Position numbers and translations under genes: made by a program. 64,000 nucleotides of DNA from the NCBI GenBank assembly GCA_965223335.1, contig OZ244991.1:160001-224000 (forward strand), read 5' to 3'. This document shows, one piece after another, positions 11,491 to 21,497 of the stretch (positions within the stretch are counted from its first letter, which is position 1; each line of letters begins with the position of its first letter). Under the pieces are notes generated by a model, which searched no databases, was not told the origin of the DNA, and saw nothing but the letters and a program-made list of their open reading frames with translations. This stretch comes from Thermodesulfobacteriota bacterium (GTDB lineage Bacteria; Desulfobacterota_D; UBA1144; Nemesobacterales; UBA2774).

Positions 11491-12732
11491 TTATACATTA
11501 GTTAGCATGAATTTCCTAATCATATCCAAGGCTGTTTCTGAGCTAACTAGCTTAATTTCCTCACGATTTCCTGTGAATTGGTATTTTTTGCAATCCCATA
11601 CCCCAGTTTTAGTCGCAAGCGCTATATATACTGTGCCGACCGGCTTCTCCGTGGTGCCTCCACCAGGCCCGGCTATACCCGAAATCCCTACACCTATATC
11701 GGAACCCCAGCACTTCACAATTCCCCCTGCCATAGCGTTTACGACCTGTTCACTGACCGCACCATGAGCATCGAGAAGCTCTCTCGGTACATCGAGCAAA
11801 TTCATTTTTGCATCGTTACTATAAGTAACAACTCCCGCCAGAAAATACGCCGAGCTCCCCGCCACATTCGTAATCCTGTGCGACAAGAGCCCCCCTGTGC
11901 AAGACTCGGCCGTAGACAGAGTCATCTTATTGCTAAGCAGCAGCTCACCCACAACTTCCTCGAGCGTCTTGGACCCGAGCGAGTAAATTGTCTCGCCCAG
12001 CCTCTCTCTAAGTTTATCTATGTAGTTATCGATTAACTTATCCGACTCTTTAGCACTCTTTGAAGTAGCGGTGACACGAAGATGAATCTCGGGGAAATGC
12101 GACCTGTACCCAAGCCTTATCCCCTCCATCTCGAGCCCTGATAGTCGCTCGGCGACCTCGGACTCTTTTAGCCCGTAAGTTCTTACCAGCTTTGTAAACT
12201 GTCTTAAGCTTGTTAGGTTTCTTCTATCCAACTCCACAAGCACATACTCGTTTATCATCGCTCTGTACTCTTTAGGGACACCAGGCAGAAAAAATGCTGT
12301 GGATCCACCGGACTCACAAGCAAAACCGGGTGCTGTACCCAATCGGTTTCTTAAAACCTTTGCCCCCATGGGCAGATAAGCCTGTTTTTTTGCAAGCTCT
12401 GTTACTTCACGCCCCCTCTCACTATAGCGCTCTTTAATCTGCTCAAAGGCCTCGTCGTTTAATTCAAGCTCTGTGTTGAATACCCCGGCGGCAACCTCTG
12501 CTGTGAGGTCATCGTCTGTGGGCCCAAGCCCCCCCGATACCACAACACAGTCGGCTCTATCTATGGCACGCGAAAATGCGTCGGCCAATAGCTCTCTGTC
12601 ATCGCCCACAGCCGTATGGTAGAGGGGTTCGTAGCCGCGTACAGTAAGTGCATCGGCCGCAAAACGAAAGTTAGTGTCGGCTGTGATACCGCTCATTATC
12701 TCGTTACCGGTGGATATAAGCTCAACCCGCAT
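11491..12732 (-). CDS. cinA: Competence/damage-inducible protein CinA (MoCF-like domain + NMN deamidase)
   Basis: GNEI...DTN, GGLGPTDDDLT, AESCTGG, GIAGPGGGT..KPVGTV. Confidence 0.95.
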   Translation of the reverse strand: MRVELISTGNEIMSGITADTNFRFAADALTVRGYEPLYHTAVGDDRELLADAFSRAIDRADCVVVSGGLGPTDDDLTAEVAAGVFNTELELNDEAFEQIKERYSERGREVTELAKKQAYLPMGAKVLRNRLGTAPGFACESGGSTAFFLPGVPKEYRAMINEYVLVELDRRNLTSLRQFTKLVRTYGLKESEVAERLSGLEMEGIRLGYRSHFPEIHLRVTATSKSAKESDKLIDNYIDKLRERLGETIYSLGSKTLEEVVGELLLSNKMTLSTAESCTGGLLSHRITNVAGSSAYFLAGVVTYSNDAKMNLLDVPRELLDAHGAVSEQVVNAMAGGIVKCWGSDIGVGISGIAGPGGGTTEKPVGTVYIALATKTGVWDCKKYQFTGNREEIKLVSSETALDMIRKFMLTNV

Positions 12733-12766
12733 ATTTGTTGCGTCTCCCTCGATCTGTCTGTAGGGC

Positions 12767-13219
12767 CTAAAGTACTGTCCTGGTTATGACTTGAAGGCAG
12801 ATGTTTGCATACACCCCCGCAGCAATATCGTCTACGACTATACCGTACCCCCTGGGCAGGGCCTCAAGCCTCCTACAGGGAGGGGGTTTAACTATATCGA
12901 ATAACCGAAACAGCACCACCCCCAGTACAAGTCCTATATTGCTCGGCGGTACTAAAAACATGGTCACCAAAAAACCCGCCACCTCGTCAATAACCACTTC
13001 TCCGGGGTCTTCCTTGTGAAATATAGACTGGGCATCGGCAGAGACTTTCACAGCAAAAAAGAAAAACAGAACCAAAAAGAGCCCATAAACCCCAGTCGGC
13101 AGCAACAGCAGCAAAAAGTACAGGGGGATAGCACCCAGTGTGCCTATTGTACCCGGTGCATAAGGGAAGAGTCCCAGGTAAAACCAGGTCGAAAAGAGCT
13201 TGGACACCGACTCATTCAC
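12767..13219 (-). CDS. pgpA: Phosphatidylglycerophosphatase A
   Basis: APGTIGT, DPGEVVIDEVAG, FRLFDIVKP, GIVVDDIAAG. Confidence 0.95.
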   Translation of the reverse strand: MNESVSKLFSTWFYLGLFPYAPGTIGTLGAIPLYFLLLLLPTGVYGLFLVLFFFFAVKVSADAQSIFHKEDPGEVVIDEVAGFLVTMFLVPPSNIGLVLGVVLFRLFDIVKPPPCRRLEALPRGYGIVVDDIAAGVYANICLQVITRTVL

Positions 13220-13711
13220 TTAGTGTTGGGCTCCCTCGAGCTTAAGCAGGTTTTTCTTGATTCTTACCCCGCACGAGTATCCACCGAGACCATCTGTGGC
13301 CACTACTCGGTGGCAGGGCACTATCACGGGAACAGGGTTTGCTCCAACGGCGTTGCCCACTGCCCTCGCAGCTTTGGGTTTGCCTATTTTCTTTGCGATT
13401 TCCCCGTATGTTACCAATTTCCCGTAGGGGATTTTCATGAGGTAATCCCAGACTCTCTTCTGGAATTTTGTACCCTCCGAGTAATCAACTCGTGTTCTAA
13501 ACCGCTTTGCTTTACCGTCAAAATAAGCACGCAACTCTTTAGCAACATTGGATTTATCGTTTTTGATATTCTTGACCACAACCCCGTACTTATCCACATA
13601 ATCCACAATATCCTTTTTCCTAAACGATAAACGTTTTACGGTACTCTTGTCCTTAAGTACATAGACAGTCCCGAGATTTGTAGGCACCGAAGATAACTCC
13701 ATAGTTTTCAT
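13220..13711 (-). CDS. ogt: Methylated-DNA--protein-cysteine methyltransferase
   Basis: PCHRV active site, GTKFQKRVW, IPYG..TYGEIA, ARAVG. Start moved to ATG 13711, which has a GGAGGG Shine-Dalgarno. Confidence 0.93.
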   Translation of the reverse strand: MKTMELSSVPTNLGTVYVLKDKSTVKRLSFRKKDIVDYVDKYGVVVKNIKNDKSNVAKELRAYFDGKAKRFRTRVDYSEGTKFQKRVWDYLMKIPYGKLVTYGEIAKKIGKPKAARAVGNAVGANPVPVIVPCHRVVATDGLGGYSCGVRIKKNLLKLEGAQH

Positions 13712-13922
13712 AGTTATGGTCCCTCCATATCCATACTTTCTACCAACACGCATTTGTTGTCAAGAGAGTATTAAAAAGGTTTGTAGGATAGATCAACAAC
13801 AAAGGGTTATGTTCCCATGACAGCTATGATATGACCGGGCCCGATTGCTTGAAATTCCCTATAGACTACGTAGAATCTCTAATAAATTTGATAGACCCAT
13901 CGTATTAATAAGGAGAGATAAT

Positions 13923-14732
13923 TTGAGTGATTCAAACGGGCTTAAAGACAACTGGGCCGTAATATTGGGAGCATCGAGCGGGTTTGGAGAAGCTGCTTCA
14001 ATAGCCCTTGCAAAAGCGGGGATGCATATTATCGGCATACACCTAGACAGAAAATCCACACTACCAAACGTGGATGCAATCAAGTCGAAAATCAAAGCGG
14101 AAAACAGAGAGGCAAGTTTTTTTAATATAAATGCGTCCGACCCCGATAAACGCTCGCAAACAATTGACGAGATTGAACAGATACTCGCAGAGCACACTAA
14201 TCCAAGCGGAGTCAAGGTGCTTATGCACTCACTTGCTTTCGGCACACTTAAGCCATATATAGCAGACTCTCCAAACAAAATGGTTTCCAATAAAAACATG
14301 GATATGACACTGGACGTTATGGCACATAGCCTAGTGTATTGGACACAGGAACTTGTGAGTAGGGGGCTTATGACCGAGGGCGGGCGAATCTTTGCCATGA
14401 CCAGCGCCGGGGGTCACAGGGTATGGCCCACTTACGGCCCTGTGTCGGCCTCAAAAGCCGCCATCGAATCCCATATCCGCCAGCTTGCTGTTGAACTAGC
14501 ACCATATAAAATCACGGCCAATGCTATACAGGCCGGGGTCACCGAAACCCCGGCACTTAGCAAAATCCCGGGGAACGATCAGATCATCGAACACGCTATC
14601 AGTGTTAACCCCAGCAATAGACTGACTACTACGGAGGACGTTGCAGACAGCATCGTTGCACTGTCGAGCAACAAGACCTACTGGCTCACAGGGAATGTGA
14701 TCAACGTAGACGGCGGTGAGGACCTGATTTGA
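13923..14732 (+). CDS. SDR oxidoreductase, enoyl-ACP reductase (FabL/FabI)-like
   Basis: GASSGFG Rossmann motif, YGPVSASK (Yx6K), TGNVINVDGG. TTG start at 13923 after AGGAG. Confidence 0.75.
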   Translation: MSDSNGLKDNWAVILGASSGFGEAASIALAKAGMHIIGIHLDRKSTLPNVDAIKSKIKAENREASFFNINASDPDKRSQTIDEIEQILAEHTNPSGVKVLMHSLAFGTLKPYIADSPNKMVSNKNMDMTLDVMAHSLVYWTQELVSRGLMTEGGRIFAMTSAGGHRVWPTYGPVSASKAAIESHIRQLAVELAPYKITANAIQAGVTETPALSKIPGNDQIIEHAISVNPSNRLTTTEDVADSIVALSSNKTYWLTGNVINVDGGEDLI

Positions 14733-16159
14733 AGATTACACTCTACAACACACTCGCGCAGAAAAAAGAGGTACTCGAACCCTATGAAAACAAAAAGGTT
14801 CGTATGTACGTCTGCGGACCCACCGTATACGACTCTGCACATCTGGGCCACGCCCGCGCAGCCGTCACGTTTGACATAATCAACCGGTTCCTGCGTTTTG
14901 CAGGCTACGATGTTACCTATGTCAGGAACTTCACCGATATAGACGATAAAATCATTGCCAGAGCCAACGAACGCGGTGTCAGTGCCGAAGAGATCTCAAA
15001 AAGATATATAGAAGAGTATATAAACGATATGGATGCAATTGGGGTACTTACACCCGATGTCCAGCCCAAAGTCACAGAGCACGTACCCGAGATCATAGAG
15101 ATGATCGGTGATATTATCGACAGAGGGTACGCATACCAATCGGGTAACGACGTTTTTTTCTCGGTAAAAAAATTCGAGGGCTACGGTAAGCTCTCACGCC
15201 GCCACCCCGACGACATGCTCGCGGGAATAAGGATAGATATAAACGAAAAAAAAGAAGACCCTCTCGACTTTGCACTGTGGAAGGGGGCCAAACCCAACGA
15301 GCCCTCGTGGGATAGCCCCTGGGGCCTGGGACGCCCGGGCTGGCACATAGAGTGTTCCACAATGAGTACCAAGTACCTGGGGAAAAGTTTCGAGATCCAC
15401 GGCGGAGGTAAAGACCTCATATTCCCACACCACGAAAACGAGATCGCTCAGTCCGAGGCCGCTACGGGCGAGCAGTTTGCAAGGTACTGGATCCATAACG
15501 GGCTTATCCAGATAAACCGCGAGAAGATGTCAAAATCCATAGGCAACATACTAAACGTACGCGACGCCCTAGAGAGCTGGGACAAAGAGGCAATACGACT
15601 TTTCTTCCTCTCACACCAGTACCTTAACCCCGCGGATTTTTCCGACACCATAATGGACGAATCCGAGGCCGCACTTGAGAGACTCTATATAACTTTAAAA
15701 AGGATCGAAGACGCAGCCCCACGTAACGGTGCCCCAGACCCAGACTTAGAGACCAGCGTGGCTACGTTTAAAGAGAACTGGGTCCAGACTATGTGCGACG
15801 ATTTTAATACAGCTGACGCTGTGGGGAACCTATTTGAACTCACACGTGCCGTAAACAGGTCGCTCGATTCCAAGGGGGGGTCCGAGTCGCTCGACTCGTC
15901 TACAGAGGCTATTCGGGAGTTCGGCCACACTCTGGGTATACTCGAGATGCGCCCTGCGGAGTACTTGCAAAAATCAAAACTAGAAAAGGTCTCGTCCGAG
16001 ATAGAGGAACGCGAGATTGTAGAGCTTATAAAGGAACGCACACAAGCTCGCCAAGATAAAAACTGGGAGCGTGCCGACGAGATTCGTGACTATTTAAACT
16101 CCAAGGGGATAATACTAGACGATAATCCGGGTGGTACCGACTGGCGCATCAAAAGCTAA
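14729..16159 (+). CDS. cysS: Cysteine--tRNA ligase
   Basis: [35 protein letters not shown]. Confidence 0.98.
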   Translation: MKITLYNTLAQKKEVLEPYENKKVRMYVCGPTVYDSAHLGHARAAVTFDIINRFLRFAGYDVTYVRNFTDIDDKIIARANERGVSAEEISKRYIEEYINDMDAIGVLTPDVQPKVTEHVPEIIEMIGDIIDRGYAYQSGNDVFFSVKKFEGYGKLSRRHPDDMLAGIRIDINEKKEDPLDFALWKGAKPNEPSWDSPWGLGRPGWHIECSTMSTKYLGKSFEIHGGGKDLIFPHHENEIAQSEAATGEQFARYWIHNGLIQINREKMSKSIGNILNVRDALESWDKEAIRLFFLSHQYLNPADFSDTIMDESEAALERLYITLKRIEDAAPRNGAPDPDLETSVATFKENWVQTMCDDFNTADAVGNLFELTRAVNRSLDSKGGSESLDSSTEAIREFGHTLGILEMRPAEYLQKSKLEKVSSEIEEREIVELIKERTQARQDKNWERADEIRDYLNSKGIILDDNPGGTDWRIKS

Positions 16160-17124
16160 ACCCATATTCCCATATACTCTAGCGCCCTTCTCACGTTGGC
16201 AGGGCTCTGGGTCTCGCCCCTGCAACTATACCAACAGGCTGTACACTTAGTTTTTCCAAAGAGCTCCGGGGTGTATTCCGTGTAGTGTGCGGCTACAGGC
16301 ATCTCGGAACAGCGTTTTAGGTGGCCGCTCGGTGTGACCTGCACATGGCTGAGTCCTGCTAAACAGTCTGGCACCCCTCCCCTCTGGAAATACTCGGGTA
16401 TCTCTCTTAGATAATACTCGGTCGATAGTATTGTGCCTTTCCATTGGCGCCTGAGTTTGATCAGCTCCTCGACCAAATTCTCTACCCTTTCAATCTCATT
16501 GTCTTTTATAAAATGGGTCTCATTGTTGGTTTTTGTGACTGAGTACGAGCTAAACGATATCCCAGTGCCCCACTCTCTTGCATAGTTTGCGATCTCTATG
16601 ATCTCGTCCAGGTTATCTTCCATTATAATGGTGTTTAGGGTTAGCTGTTTGTTAGGAAACCTCTTGCCTAGCTCGGGGAGCAGTTCCGATAGATAATCCC
16701 AAAGCCCGGGGATTCCCCTATAGGCGTCGTGCTTCTCTCCAGGGAAATCTAGCGAGATTGCGATCTGGTTTATCCCTGCATCAAAGAGCTCTTTGGCTTT
16801 ATCCACCGTCAATAGGTCTCCCTTGGTCACCATTGAGGTGAATATGAACATCGAGCACTCTTTTATCTGCCTCACTATATCGGGCAGGTCTTTTCTAAGC
16901 ATAGGCTCCCCGCCAGTAATCACAGTGACTAGGGGATTAATCTTTTTTATAACCGGTCTATAGTCGGTGATCCGCTCTTCATGGCGTGTCTGCCAGTAGT
17001 CGCAAAAATCGCACTTAGCATTGCAAAGCTTGGTGATCTCGAGGTTAACGAGCTTGGGCCTTCCGGTGGCACGAGTATAGAAATATTTTGCCGCACCTTT
17101 GAAACTCTCTGAAACTGTAATCAT
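16156..17124 (-). CDS. Radical SAM protein with C-terminal SPASM/twitch-like Cys domain, function unknown
   Basis: CNAKCDFC (CxxxCxxC), TGGEP, ISLD; C-terminal CLAG...G.LKRC...CTACWYSC. Confidence 0.88.
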   Translation of the reverse strand: MITVSESFKGAAKYFYTRATGRPKLVNLEITKLCNAKCDFCDYWQTRHEERITDYRPVIKKINPLVTVITGGEPMLRKDLPDIVRQIKECSMFIFTSMVTKGDLLTVDKAKELFDAGINQIAISLDFPGEKHDAYRGIPGLWDYLSELLPELGKRFPNKQLTLNTIIMEDNLDEIIEIANYAREWGTGISFSSYSVTKTNNETHFIKDNEIERVENLVEELIKLRRQWKGTILSTEYYLREIPEYFQRGGVPDCLAGLSHVQVTPSGHLKRCSEMPVAAHYTEYTPELFGKTKCTACWYSCRGETQSPANVRRALEYMGIWV

Positions 17125-17286
17125 TAATTGATTTTATACATCAGATATTCCGAATTATCAAGTGCGTAAAATCCAAAATCATGTTGACTGAGGGTCAGCA
17201 AATCAGTTTTAATTAATTGTGAATTTAACAAGAAAATTGCTGCATTCGAGCTGGTATCTATCTTGCGGTTTTATCCGGTGACATAA

Positions 17287-17583
17287 GTGGCTAAAAAGCA
17301 AGTCGAAATAACACTGTACACATGTGATCATGTAGACCCCGAGGGCAACAAATGCACAAACGATGGCCCCAGAGACTCTATAGAGTCTTGTCATATATGC
17401 AAAAAAGATCTGTGCAGTTCACACATACAAACTATGACGGTTTCTTCCAAACAATTTAGGCAGAGCATTGTCTATTATATCTGCTACGAGCATAAACAAG
17501 AGTTCATAAATAGACTGATCGAGAAATTCGGCGACACAAGACCCGTCGCCCAAACCGGCTACGGTGTAACACTAAAGCGATAG
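17287..17583 (+). CDS. Small Cys/His-rich putative two-zinc-finger protein (paralog A)
   Basis: GTG start with GGTG SD; C13-C23-C35xxC38-C43xxH46-C66xxH69; aligns without gaps to the next ORF. Confidence 0.8.
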   Translation: MAKKQVEITLYTCDHVDPEGNKCTNDGPRDSIESCHICKKDLCSSHIQTMTVSSKQFRQSIVYYICYEHKQEFINRLIEKFGDTRPVAQTGYGVTLKR

Positions 17584-17757
17584 ACCATATTACGTCAACT
17601 CCACTTTGATGACCGTATCATTCTAGAGGCTTTAAGCATATTGACTTATCTCGTCAGATTTAGTTAAATTTGAGATTAGAAACATATCCGGTGCACCCGA
17701 CGCTTAGAAGATCCATAGTATTATGATCATAAGCGCCTTAATCACAGGGGGGAACAT

Positions 17758-18042
17758 ATGTCCACAAAAACAATTACAGTTGAGATCTACCAATGCGATT
17801 ATGTAAACAGTAACGGTGATAGGTGCGATAGCGAGGGTGAACGCCAGGCCATAAAGGCTTGCGCGCTATGCAAAAAAGACCTTTGCAGCCGTCATTATGA
17901 TGTTATCAGCGTAACCAGCCGGGGTGGCAGAGACTCTCTGACCTATCATTTCTGTGAAGACCACACACAGGAGTTTATGGACACACTTATCTCGACTTTC
18001 GGAGACACACGCCCTGTTGCATATGCAGGTATGGCGAAGTAA
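17758..18042 (+). CDS. Small Cys/His-rich putative two-zinc-finger protein (paralog B)
   Basis: AGGGGG SD; same eight ligand positions as paralog A; shared CKKDLCS.H and FGDTRPVA. Confidence 0.82.
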   Translation: MSTKTITVEIYQCDYVNSNGDRCDSEGERQAIKACALCKKDLCSRHYDVISVTSRGGRDSLTYHFCEDHTQEFMDTLISTFGDTRPVAYAGMAK

Positions 18043-18207
18043 TCGAATTTGGATAAACGACCCCGTTCAAGTTTAGCCCCGGGATATTATCTGAATCTAT
18101 CCTGTATAAAAATCATCGAATAATACTAGCTAGTTAGCGCAATTAGTTTATAATTATGGTTAAATGGGTTCAAGCTGGCGTACAACACGGATAGGTGAAC
18201 AGATACC

Positions 18208-19761
18208 ATGAAGATAGCCACAAGAGAGATTGTTACAGGGATCGATAGAGAGACTATAAAGAACTACGGCATCCCAGGTGCCATACTCATGGAAAATGCC
18301 GGCAGGGCCCTAACAGAGGTTATATGCAGAGAGTTCCCAGAGGCCCGTTCAGTATCGGTCATTGCCGGGGCAGGGAATAACGGTGGTGATGGTTTCGTAT
18401 CTGCACGCCACCTTTTATCCAGGGGCAGACAAGTAAAAACCTATACATTGTCCGATCCTAAAACATATAAGGGTGACGCCAAACTAAATCTAAATTCCCT
18501 AAAAAAAATAGGCGGCAGTGTAGAGCGCCTTAGAAAAAACTTCTCCAATTTTAGCCCTGCGGATGTGGTGGTTGATGCAATATTCGGCACCGGCCTCACC
18601 CGCCAGGTAAGCGGTCAATATAAATCGTGCATTGAGTTTATAAACAGCCTGGAAACCCCGACAATTGCAGTAGATATCCCCTCGGGTCTAGACTGCGATA
18701 CCGGCAGACCCCTTGGGGCCGCAGTCCGAGCCGACATCACAGTCACTTTCATTCTGCCCAAACTTGGTCTGGTAACTCACCCGGGCCTAGATTATACGGG
18801 TCAACTATTCGTTGCTTCGATCACAAGCCCCCAGGTGCTTGAAAAAAATAGTAATTACGAACTCCTATCTTCAGAAAACCTAAGCGATATATCTATGCCG
18901 AGAAAGGCCGATACACACAAAGGTACCTACGGACATCTGCTTATCATTGCAGGTTCCCCGGGAAAGACAGGTGCGGGGACCTTGGCATCTTTGGGTGCAC
19001 AGCGTGTGGGCACAGGTCTTGTAACCCTGGGCATACCCGAAGGCCTAAATGAAGTAATGGAACAAAAAACCACAGAGACCATGACCGAACCTCTACCAGA
19101 AACAGATGGTAGAACACTGGGACCGGACTCGTTAAAAAGAACCCTTTCGATCCTGAAAGAAAGGAAAACAGCACTTGCAATAGGCCCCGGGATCTCCACA
19201 TCCGATGAGACTGCTGAGTACCTGGTTGAGCTATTGCGAAAAACCCGTGTGCCGACACTAATAGACGCAGACGGACTCACGCTAATCGCAAACGAACCCA
19301 AGCTGCTAGGCACTATCAAAACCCCATTGGTTCTCACCCCTCACCCGGGCGAGATGTCGAGGCTAACGGGGCTTAGCACCGACGAGATACAGCAAAACAG
19401 GGTAGAGCTCTCGAAAGATTACTCGAGAAAAAACGGAATTTACCTGGTGCTAAAGGGTTCGAGGACCATTGTAAGCACACCTAAAGGCAAGGTGTATATC
19501 AACCCTACTGGTAATCCGGGGATGGCATCGGGCGGAACGGGGGATGTACTGACAGGTGTCATAGGGGGGTTGCTGGCCGAGCGTATCAATCCCGAAGACG
19601 CCTCTAGATTGGGGGTTTATGTTCACGGCCTTGCGGGTGACTTCGCAGCAGAGGTCATCGGACAGACGGGCTATACAGCCAAAGAACTTGCCAATTTTAT
19701 CCCTGCCGCCATGGACTCAGTACGCCGGCAGGAACCCAAGGGCATTGAGATTATTTACTAG
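18208..19761 (+). CDS. nnr: Bifunctional NAD(P)H-hydrate epimerase/dehydratase
   Basis: LMENAG, GNNGGDG, DIPSG, HKGTYG, TPHPGEM, GGTGDVLTG. Confidence 0.95.
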   Translation: MKIATREIVTGIDRETIKNYGIPGAILMENAGRALTEVICREFPEARSVSVIAGAGNNGGDGFVSARHLLSRGRQVKTYTLSDPKTYKGDAKLNLNSLKKIGGSVERLRKNFSNFSPADVVVDAIFGTGLTRQVSGQYKSCIEFINSLETPTIAVDIPSGLDCDTGRPLGAAVRADITVTFILPKLGLVTHPGLDYTGQLFVASITSPQVLEKNSNYELLSSENLSDISMPRKADTHKGTYGHLLIIAGSPGKTGAGTLASLGAQRVGTGLVTLGIPEGLNEVMEQKTTETMTEPLPETDGRTLGPDSLKRTLSILKERKTALAIGPGISTSDETAEYLVELLRKTRVPTLIDADGLTLIANEPKLLGTIKTPLVLTPHPGEMSRLTGLSTDEIQQNRVELSKDYSRKNGIYLVLKGSRTIVSTPKGKVYINPTGNPGMASGGTGDVLTGVIGGLLAERINPEDASRLGVYVHGLAGDFAAEVIGQTGYTAKELANFIPAAMDSVRRQEPKGIEIIY

Positions 19762-19806
19762 CCCGATACCAAAACCATATATTTACCGCCATCTAGAAAC
19801 ATAACA

Positions 19807-20307
19807 ATGTCAGAAACCACAAAACTCACGCTTCACACAAAAAACGAACAGCAAACAATCAGGCTCGGTGAGCTTATTGGCAAATCAGTCGAACCCGGTA
19901 CTATAATAGCTCTTAAAGGAGAGCTCGGAGCCGGTAAAACCGTATTTGCCAAAGGCATTGCTAAGGGTCTGGAAGTGGTCGAGGAACCTAACAGCCCGAC
20001 TTTTGTCATCATGAATTCCTACATGGGCCGAAAACCCTTGTTTCACTTCGACCTTTATAGAATCAGCAGTCCCGATGAGCTTTTTGATATCGGCTATGAA
20101 GAGTGCTTTTACGGCAACGGTGTGAGCGTAGTAGAATGGGCAGACAGGCTCCCTGAAGTGATCCCGGAGAATTCGATATGGGTTGAATTCAGAGTGCCCA
20201 AAAATATAGACGACGAAAACAAAACAATCAGGGAAATAATAATCGAAGGCAAACAAAAATGGCTCTCATCGTTCAAAAATACGGCGGAACAAGCGTTGCG
20301 GACTTAG
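19807..20307 (+). CDS. tsaE: tRNA threonylcarbamoyladenosine biosynthesis ATPase TsaE
   Basis: GELGAGKT, SPTF, HFDLYR, VEWAD. Confidence 0.95.
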   Translation: MSETTKLTLHTKNEQQTIRLGELIGKSVEPGTIIALKGELGAGKTVFAKGIAKGLEVVEEPNSPTFVIMNSYMGRKPLFHFDLYRISSPDELFDIGYEECFYGNGVSVVEWADRLPEVIPENSIWVEFRVPKNIDDENKTIREIIIEGKQKWLSSFKNTAEQALRT

Positions 20308-21497
20308 ATAAGATCAGGTTCGTAGCAAACCACGTCATAAATACAAAACAAAAGGACAACGATGTCGTGGTGGTAGTGTCCGCTATGGCCGGGGAAACAG
20401 ACCGGCTCCATAACCTCTGCCTATCGATAATGGACCCGCCTGACGAGCGGGAACTGGATGTGATCACGTCGAGCGGCGAGCAGGTATCGTCGGGGTTACT
20501 GTCCATGACGATAAAGGCGCTCGGCCACGATGCTGTATCGTTCCAGGGTCACCAGGTTAGGATCACCACCGACAGCGCTCACTCGAAAGCTAAGATCCTA
20601 CACATCGACGACACAAGGATAAGAACCGCTTTGGCCCAGAACCACATTGCCGTAGTTGCCGGGTTTCAGGGCACAGACCACAAAGGCAACGTCACCACTT
20701 TGGGACGCGGGGGCTCGGACCTCACAGCCGTAGCACTGGCCGCGGCACTGGGTGCGGACGCATGCGAGCTCTATAAAGACGATGTAGACGGCATCTACAC
20801 CACAGACCCTGGTGTTTGCAGCGATGCAAAGAAACTGGACAGTATCTCATACGAGGAGATGCTTGAGCTGGCGAGCCTGGGCTCCAAGGTACTGCAGGCC
20901 CGGGCCGTGGAGTTCGCAAAAAAATACAGCGTAAAGCTACACGTGCGCCCGACATATGACCCCGAGTCAGAGGGCACGTGGGTTGTCGAGGAGGAACAGA
21001 CCATGGCTCATATGGAAGACATAATAATTTCGGGTATAACTGCCGATAAAAACCAGGCCAAAATCACGGTCACCCAGGTGCCGGACAGCCCCGGTGTGGC
21101 AGCCAAGATTTTTACACCGCTTAGCGAAAACGGTATTATTGTCGACATGATAGTACAGAACATAAGTATCGAGGGACACACCGATATGACGTTCACCGTG
21201 CCTAGAACCGAGTTCAAAAAATCTATTATACTGACCAAAGAGCTTGCAGACGAACTGGGTGCCAAAGAGATGCTGTCCGACGATAAAATAGCCAAGATCT
21301 CGCTTGTCGGGGTAGGCATGAAATCACACTCGGGTGTGGCCTCAAAGATGTTTTCGACCCTTGCCAATGAAGGAATAAATATTATGATGATAAGTACGTC
21401 CGAGATTAAGATCTCGTGCGTGGTTGACGAGAAACACGCCGAGCATGCAGTAAGCGCTCTGCACAGCGCGTTTAATTTAGGAGACACGAATGAGTAG
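20259..21497 (+). CDS. lysC: Aspartate kinase
   Basis: [21 protein letters not shown], two C-terminal ACT domains, STSEIKIS. Confidence 0.96.
   Translation: MALIVQKYGGTSVADLDKIRFVANHVINTKQKDNDVVVVVSAMAGETDRLHNLCLSIMDPPDERELDVITSSGEQVSSGLLSMTIKALGHDAVSFQGHQVRITTDSAHSKAKILHIDDTRIRTALAQNHIAVVAGFQGTDHKGNVTTLGRGGSDLTAVALAAALGADACELYKDDVDGIYTTDPGVCSDAKKLDSISYEEMLELASLGSKVLQARAVEFAKKYSVKLHVRPTYDPESEGTWVVEEEQTMAHMEDIIISGITADKNQAKITVTQVPDSPGVAAKIFTPLSENGIIVDMIVQNISIEGHTDMTFTVPRTEFKKSIILTKELADELGAKEMLSDDKIAKISLVGVGMKSHSGVASKMFSTLANEGINIMMISTSEIKISCVVDEKHAEHAVSALHSAFNLGDTNE

Noticed and set aside
13016..13630. 204-aa plus-strand ORF with a poly-Gln stretch, and similar long antisense ORFs elsewhere
   Set aside because: It overlaps pgpA/ogt on the opposite strand; the poly-Q mirrors the poly-Leu codons of PgpA
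20259..20307. 49-nt tsaE/lysC overlap as a possible frameshift or recoding site
   Set aside because: Both genes are complete; the tsaE tail simply reads through the lysC start in another frame
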